Assembly (NCBI GenBank): GCA_020027205.1
Contig: JAHRAQ010000014.1
Span: forward strand, 8,548 to 72,547
Length of the DNA stretch: 64,000 nucleotides
Direction: 5' to 3'
Source: Nitrospirales bacterium
GTDB taxonomy: Bacteria; Nitrospirota; Nitrospiria; Nitrospirales; UBA8639
Shown here: in pieces, positions 59,887 to 64,000 of the stretch
Layout of the letters: every line of letters starts with the position of its first letter
Numbering within the stretch: the first letter of the stretch is position 1
Program-made: the position numbers and the translations under genes
Notes under the pieces: model-generated
Told to the model about the DNA's origin: nothing
The model's database searches: none
What the model saw: the letters and a program-made list of their open reading frames with translations, nothing else

Positions 59887-60922
59887 GTCCGCCTCCTTTG
59901 TCATGCCGGCGAAGGCCGGACTCCAGTCCGTCAGTTCCCCCTCCCGGTTTAATGCCCTGCACCATCGCCCCCGGCGCAAACTCCGTGACGGATTCAAACC
60001 CGGCCTGCGTCATCCACTCCATGACTTCCCCCGTGGTGAAACATTCTCCCTGTTCCGTGTTCACCAGGATATGCACGGCGAACGCCGTGGTCCAGGCCGG
60101 GCTTGTTCGATCCGGGTCCAGAAACCGGTCTTTGATCAGCAACCGGCCGGCGCCCGTCACATGCGCAAACGCGTTGCGCACCAGCCGTGCGTTGGCCCGG
60201 CGGTTCTGATAATGCAGCACGTCGGACAGGAGCGCCAGATCGTAGGGGCCGCCCCATGCGTCCGTATGAAAGTTCCCGGGCCGCAAGGCAATGCGATCCT
60301 CCAACCCGGCGTCGCGAACATACCGTTCCGTCACCCGCAGCGTTTGCGGAAGATCAAACACGGTGGCCTTGAGATGAGGATAGGCGCGACACAACGCAAT
60401 CGCGTTCGTGCCGACGCCGCCGCCGACGTCCACCATGTGTTCGCGCCCGTTCAGGCGGAGGGACTTCGCCAGACTCATCCCGCTCCCCCGGCCGACGCGG
60501 TCCAACACCGCCAGCACGTTGGCCCCCATGGCCGGATCGTTTTCAAACACATGGCGACGCACGGGCGCCACGCCGGTGCGGACGGTCTCTTCCAACTTGC
60601 CCCAGTTCGCCCATTCCGAATCGTGCAGCGCCAGAAGGTGGCCGACGTAGTCCGGACTGGTGTTCACCAGATGTTTCCGGGCGACGCCGGTATTCGCGAC
60701 AAGGCCCTCCCGTTTTGTCAAGACACGCATCGCGACCAGGGCGTTGACGAGCAGCGTCAACGCCCGTTCATCGAGAGACAACCGCCGGGCCAGGCCGGCG
60801 GGAGAATCGCCGTGGCCGTCCAGGGCCGAAAAAATGTCCAGTTTCACCGCCGTCAGGAGAATTTTCGTCTCCCAGTAATACCCCATCTGAAAAATTTCGG
60901 CGAGCGACAGATCCCGAGACAC
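59879..60922 (-). CDS. SAM-dependent O-methyltransferase (Methyltransf_2/COMT-like with N-terminal dimerisation-type domain)
   Basis: MVDVGGGVGTNAIAL SAM-binding motif, ATVFDLPQ, LLSDVLHY; GTG start at 60922. Confidence 0.75.
   Translation of the reverse strand: MSRDLSLAEIFQMGYYWETKILLTAVKLDIFSALDGHGDSPAGLARRLSLDERALTLLVNALVAMRVLTKREGLVANTGVARKHLVNTSPDYVGHLLALHDSEWANWGKLEETVRTGVAPVRRHVFENDPAMGANVLAVLDRVGRGSGMSLAKSLRLNGREHMVDVGGGVGTNAIALCRAYPHLKATVFDLPQTLRVTERYVRDAGLEDRIALRPGNFHTDAWGGPYDLALLSDVLHYQNRRANARLVRNAFAHVTGAGRLLIKDRFLDPDRTSPAWTTAFAVHILVNTEQGECFTTGEVMEWMTQAGFESVTEFAPGAMVQGIKPGGGTDGLESGLRRHDKGGGHG
59898..59932 (+). repeat. REP-like motif variant (GTCATGCCGGCgaaGGCCGGACTCC)
   Basis: Short hairpin GCCGGC/GGCCGG with GTCAT left flank, inside the 3' end of the methyltransferase ORF. 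Confidence 0.4.
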
Positions 60923-61025
60923 GGCATATCCTTCGCAGGATCAATGCGGGAAACCAGGGTCGATTCAGGAGGTGATGGTAACGGGACGGATTCTGCGAAC
61001 GCAAGGCGGGGGAGGCCCACGAAAC

Positions 61026-61063
61026 GGAACGGGCGGCAATGGCCCGCCATTGCCGCCCGTTCC
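61026..61063 (-). terminator. Strong 17-bp perfect hairpin (GGAACGGGCGGCAATGG-cccg-CCATTGCCGCCCGTTCC), terminator-like
   Basis: 33 nt downstream of the stop at 61096; only a weak U-tract (GTTTCG) follows on the - strand. Confidence 0.5.
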
Positions 61064-61095
61064 GCGGTCTTCACAACGACGCGGTCTCCGGCTCG

Positions 61096-61890
61096 TTACA
61101 TCTTGAACTTGTTCTTCTTTTTGATATCGAAGTTGACGTTCACGGTCGAGCCGTCCTTGACTTCCACGTCCATCGTCACGTTCCCGGCCACCGGATGCCA
61201 GGCCAGCACCTTGTGTTTGCCGGCGGGGACATCGGCGATTTCAAACGACCCGTCACCGCCCGACACGCCGAAATGGCCGTTGCTCACGGGCAAAAACCAT
61301 GCCTGCATAAACTCATGCTGGTCACATTGCAACCGGAGCACCGAACCTTTTCTGGCCATGCGCATCTTGATTTTCTTGTCCAGTTTGTCGCCCTTTTTGG
61401 CCAAACCGATGTTGAACAAGGTCGAGGATTTCGCCCCCAGCACGTCAAAACTGTGCGGGTTGTGCAAGACCCCTTCTTTGGACTTCGGATCACTGGCATC
61501 CGCGTCGGTATTCTCCACAATGAAGTTCCCTTTGTTCACCAACACGCCGGTAAAGGGCAGGAACTCGCACAACTTGGCGATCACCTTGGGCGTCTGCTGA
61601 AAGCCCTTGTCCTTAATCCCCCGCACGGACACGATGGCGTTTTTGAGACCTTTGCCCGCGCCCACTTCGACTTCTTTCAGCAACCGCGTGTCGTCGCCTT
61701 TTTTGCTGGGATTCTGCTTGCAGAACTCCGGATTGGGAAATTTGGAAAAGGCAAACTCTTTCGGCGGAATGGATTTGCCGGAATACGTGATTTTGCCTTT
61801 AATGGTCCCGCCGGCCTGAACCATCAGGGGCATGGCCGCCAGCATTCCGCCAAAAACCATGGACAGCATGAGCAATGGACGATTCCTCAT
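61096..61890 (-). CDS. Exported cupredoxin-like protein with C-terminal carboxypeptidase-regulatory-like beta domain
   Basis: Signal peptide; LHNPH ... CDQHEFM (C-x2-H-x2-M, type-1-copper-like spacing); GSFEIADVPAGKHKVLAWHP; GGAGG RBS before ATG 61890. Confidence 0.5.
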   Translation of the reverse strand: MRNRPLLMLSMVFGGMLAAMPLMVQAGGTIKGKITYSGKSIPPKEFAFSKFPNPEFCKQNPSKKGDDTRLLKEVEVGAGKGLKNAIVSVRGIKDKGFQQTPKVIAKLCEFLPFTGVLVNKGNFIVENTDADASDPKSKEGVLHNPHSFDVLGAKSSTLFNIGLAKKGDKLDKKIKMRMARKGSVLRLQCDQHEFMQAWFLPVSNGHFGVSGGDGSFEIADVPAGKHKVLAWHPVAGNVTMDVEVKDGSTVNVNFDIKKKNKFKM

Positions 61891-61938
61891 CTTCTCTCCT
61901 CCCTTAAAATGACCTTCAAATCCGAACAAGTGCCACCT

Positions 61939-61966
61939 TGTATAACAACGCGCTTGCGAGTGTCAA
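61939..61966 (-). promoter_or_regulatory. Sigma70-type promoter TTGACA-N16-TATACA
   Basis: -35 at 61966-61961, -10 at 61944-61939 (- strand), ~50 nt upstream of ATG 61890. Confidence 0.5.
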
Positions 61967-62020
61967 ATACGCCGTCTCTCCGCGTCCCATGCGTCCGCAC
62001 GGCGTCGGGCCGGCGGCGAT

Positions 62021-64000
62021 TCAGGGAGACGGCGAAGCCGCCTCATCCCCCATCTTCGAAAAAGGCGTCCGCGACTTCGCCATGGCCGCGGACACGTCCC
62101 GAACGTGCTCCGCCAACGCCTCGGCCCGCGCCACGGGACTGGAGCAGAGTGTGTCGGTGCAGACATAGGCCAGCGGGCCTGCCGCCACGGGAAACGTCAC
62201 CTCTCCAATGGACAGGGAATCAACGTGAGGGTCCAGAAATCGCACCACTTTTCCGGGAACATACACCGCCAAACTGCGGCGAAAAAGTTGTTGCGCCTCC
62301 GCCGAGGCTTTGTCCCCCACCACGACAATCTGCACGGGATGATGGAGAAACCGATGGAGCGCGCGGCCCGTCGGCGCGACCGGCAACGGCGCGGACCCGA
62401 CGAGGAAACGAAGCACGTTCCGGGCGTGTTCACGATACCGCGGATTCCGGGTGAGATAAAACAGGTCGGACAACACCGTGGACAGGACGGCATTCACCGG
62501 GCGATCCTTATGGGGAAACTTCAGCAATCCCAGAGCGGACGACGCCGGCGCCCGGTCAAAAAATCCGCCGCCCTGATCATCTTCAAGCACACTGATGCAG
62601 TCCGCCATGACGGTTTCTGCATGGTCGAGATACCGCCGCTCCCCGGTGGCGACAAAGGCTTCCATCAGCGCATCCGCAAAAAAGACCTGGTCGGTCAGCA
62701 ACCCGAATTGCCGCGGGTGCCCACGGCGAAGAAAATGCGCCATCCCGCGTCCGGGTTGATACCGTTCTTTGTACAGCCGCCGAAGCGTTGTGAGGGCAAA
62801 CGCCCCGGGCTGATCATGCGCCAACGCCTGGGAGACCTTGAGAAACGCTTTGGCCATCATCCCGTTCCCGTCGGTCAACATCGTCCGGTCAACGGCGGGA
62901 ACACCGACGGCGAGACGCCGCGCCGCGTCCAAAGCAAAAAACTCCTCCCCCGGCACGTCGGCGTCGATGTCGGCGTCGGCGTCGACGCCCGCGCCGCCCC
63001 CGCGTCGAACATCGGCATCCTGGCTGGCATAAAAACCGCCGCGCTCCCGGTCGGACAGAAACCGCGCCACGTACCGCATCGTCCCTTCCACCACGTCACG
63101 ATACCGGGCCAGCCCGGTGCTTTGATACGCCTCAAGATAATTGAGCAGATTGTACGCCTGCACGTCCAGCGTCTTTTCATAATGGGGCCGCGACCAATCC
63201 GCCTCCTCGGCGTAACGGAAAAATCCGCCCCAGACCGGATCGTAGAGTTTCAACTGCCGATCCAGCGTGAACAACGCCATCCGCCGATATTCGGAACGCG
63301 GGTCACGGAAATGGCGGGCAAAGGCCAGGGCAATCGCCGCCGGCTCAAAAAATTTCGGCGCCTCGCCGAAGCCCCCGTTCACCCGGTCGTATTGTCGCGT
63401 CATGGCTTCGAGCAATTGATCCAGCATCGCCGGATGAATGGGGCCGCGACGCGGCGCGCGCGCCCGCTGGGCGGACTCCACCCGCGCCCAGACCCTGGCG
63501 GCCCGTTCGGTCATCACCTGTTTGTTGTCCCGGTACGCCGTCTCGGCGGCACGCAGCGCGTCGATGATTTCGTCGGAGGTCAGAAAATTCGCCTGAAACA
63601 CGATTTCTCCGGATGGGAGCAGGATGCCGGTGGTCGGCCACCCGCCATGTTTGTACCGCGCCGTGATGTCCGGCCGTTGATCGGCGTCAACCCTGACGGG
63701 AATAAATCCGTCATTCAACAGGCCCGCCACCCGTGGATCACGGTACGTGGCCGACTCCATCACATGACAGGCGTGACACCACACCGCCGTGAGATCGAGC
63801 AGGATCAACTTGTCTTCGGCATGAGCGCGCTCAAACGCCCCGGCGCCCCACGGCAGCCACCGGATCGTTGAAGCACCGGCGGCGGTGTCGGTGGTGGCGA
63901 CGGCGGTGGTGGCGACGGTGGCGGTGGCGGCGACGGTGGCGACGGCGGTGGCGACGGCATCGGTAGTAGCACCGACGGCAGGGTGACCAACCCTTCCGTC
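62021..64000 (-). CDS. Second DUF255/YyaL-like thioredoxin-fold protein, 5' end beyond the window
   Basis: IRWLPWGAGAFERAHAEDKLILLDLTAVWCHACHVMESATYRD...GGWPTT. The frame stays open upstream of the track start (63808) to position 64000 through an Ala/Thr/Val-rich stretch. Confidence 0.8.
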   Translation of the reverse strand, partial: DGRVGHPAVGATTDAVATAVATVAATATVATTAVATTDTAAGASTIRWLPWGAGAFERAHAEDKLILLDLTAVWCHACHVMESATYRDPRVAGLLNDGFIPVRVDADQRPDITARYKHGGWPTTGILLPSGEIVFQANFLTSDEIIDALRAAETAYRDNKQVMTERAARVWARVESAQRARAPRRGPIHPAMLDQLLEAMTRQYDRVNGGFGEAPKFFEPAAIALAFARHFRDPRSEYRRMALFTLDRQLKLYDPVWGGFFRYAEEADWSRPHYEKTLDVQAYNLLNYLEAYQSTGLARYRDVVEGTMRYVARFLSDRERGGFYASQDADVRRGGGAGVDADADIDADVPGEEFFALDAARRLAVGVPAVDRTMLTDGNGMMAKAFLKVSQALAHDQPGAFALTTLRRLYKERYQPGRGMAHFLRRGHPRQFGLLTDQVFFADALMEAFVATGERRYLDHAETVMADCISVLEDDQGGGFFDRAPASSALGLLKFPHKDRPVNAVLSTVLSDLFYLTRNPRYREHARNVLRFLVGSAPLPVAPTGRALHRFLHHPVQIVVVGDKASAEAQQLFRRSLAVYVPGKVVRFLDPHVDSLSIGEVTFPVAAGPLAYVCTDTLCSSPVARAEALAEHVRDVSAAMAKSRTPFSKMGDEAASPSP
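63885..63960. repeat. Imperfect short tandem repeat (GGTGGCGAC / GGCGGTGGC units)
   Basis: Encodes the ATAVATVAATATVATTAVATT low-complexity N-terminal region of the partial DUF255 gene. Confidence 0.5.

Noticed and set aside
59887-59997. N-terminal extension of the DUF420-like ORF (track start 59997)
   Set aside because: The extension translates a REP-like motif (…WSPAFAGMTKE…) and overlaps the methyltransferase 3' end; Met at 59886 directly precedes the first TM helix.
61925-61950. Sigma54 promoter (TGGCAC on the - strand) upstream of the cupredoxin-like gene
   Set aside because: The -24-like TGGCAC is followed by TTGTT-CGGA rather than N5-TTGC. Other TGGCAC/GTGCCA strings I spotted (15640, 47388, 49773) also lack a -12 element, so no target of the NtrC-type regulator could be called.
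58684-63871. Long + strand ORFs 58684-59952, 59825-61600, 61039-62454, 62105-63871
   Set aside because: All antisense to - strand genes that have RBSs, signal peptides or family motifs; compositions are Arg/Pro/His/Gln-rich and they cross intergenic hairpins and promoters.

Overview
Gene-dense bacterial chromosomal segment: about 60 protein genes and 4 tRNAs, with ~80% of genes on the - strand. It is GC-rich but uneven. Spot counts of 60-nt lines give ~67-80% GC in the flanks and ~47-60% between ~31.4 and ~54.3 kb. 0.4-31 kb holds housekeeping arrays: a DUF255/YyaL-like thioredoxin-fold protein; comEC; glmM-folP-ftsH; hemB-ribF-tilS; a heme cluster (hemX/ccsA-like, hemA, hemC, cobA/hemD fusion, CBS protein); an SDR; rsmI; a TusA-like protein; radC; rsmD-coaD-aminotransferase; an FmdB zinc ribbon; Skp; rph-rdgB-tRNA-Pro-tRNA-Arg; serS; tRNA-Leu and tRNA-Ser. 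31-45 kb holds a Tat-type 4x[4Fe-4S] protein, an HExxH/zinc-ribbon orphan, a WD40 protein, a sigma54-type response regulator with a Cache/HAMP/PAS histidine kinase, tgt-yajC-secD-secF, argS, a family-9 glycosyltransferase and mobA. 45-62 kb is the standout region: a ~16.5-kb co-directional respiratory supercluster with two CydA-like (bd-like) oxidase paralogs and no CydB. Paralog 1 sits in a promoter-to-terminator operon with two unannotated micro-ORFs and three c-type cytochromes, one fused to an EB_dh/NxrC-type domain. Paralog 2 sits among FGE-fold (Cys-less, NirV-like), DUF420/CtaM-like, PCP_red, O-methyltransferase and cupredoxin-like genes. A second DUF255 paralog runs off the right edge. 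Intergenic DNA carries at least two related REP-like hairpin element families plus short tandem arrays. No rRNA, CRISPR, transposase, integrase or phage genes were seen. Gene content is compatible with, but does not prove, a Nitrospirota/Nitrospinota-like lithotroph. All calls come from reading motifs by eye; no database search or computation was run. Many long ORFs in the supplied track are GC-driven antisense artefacts.
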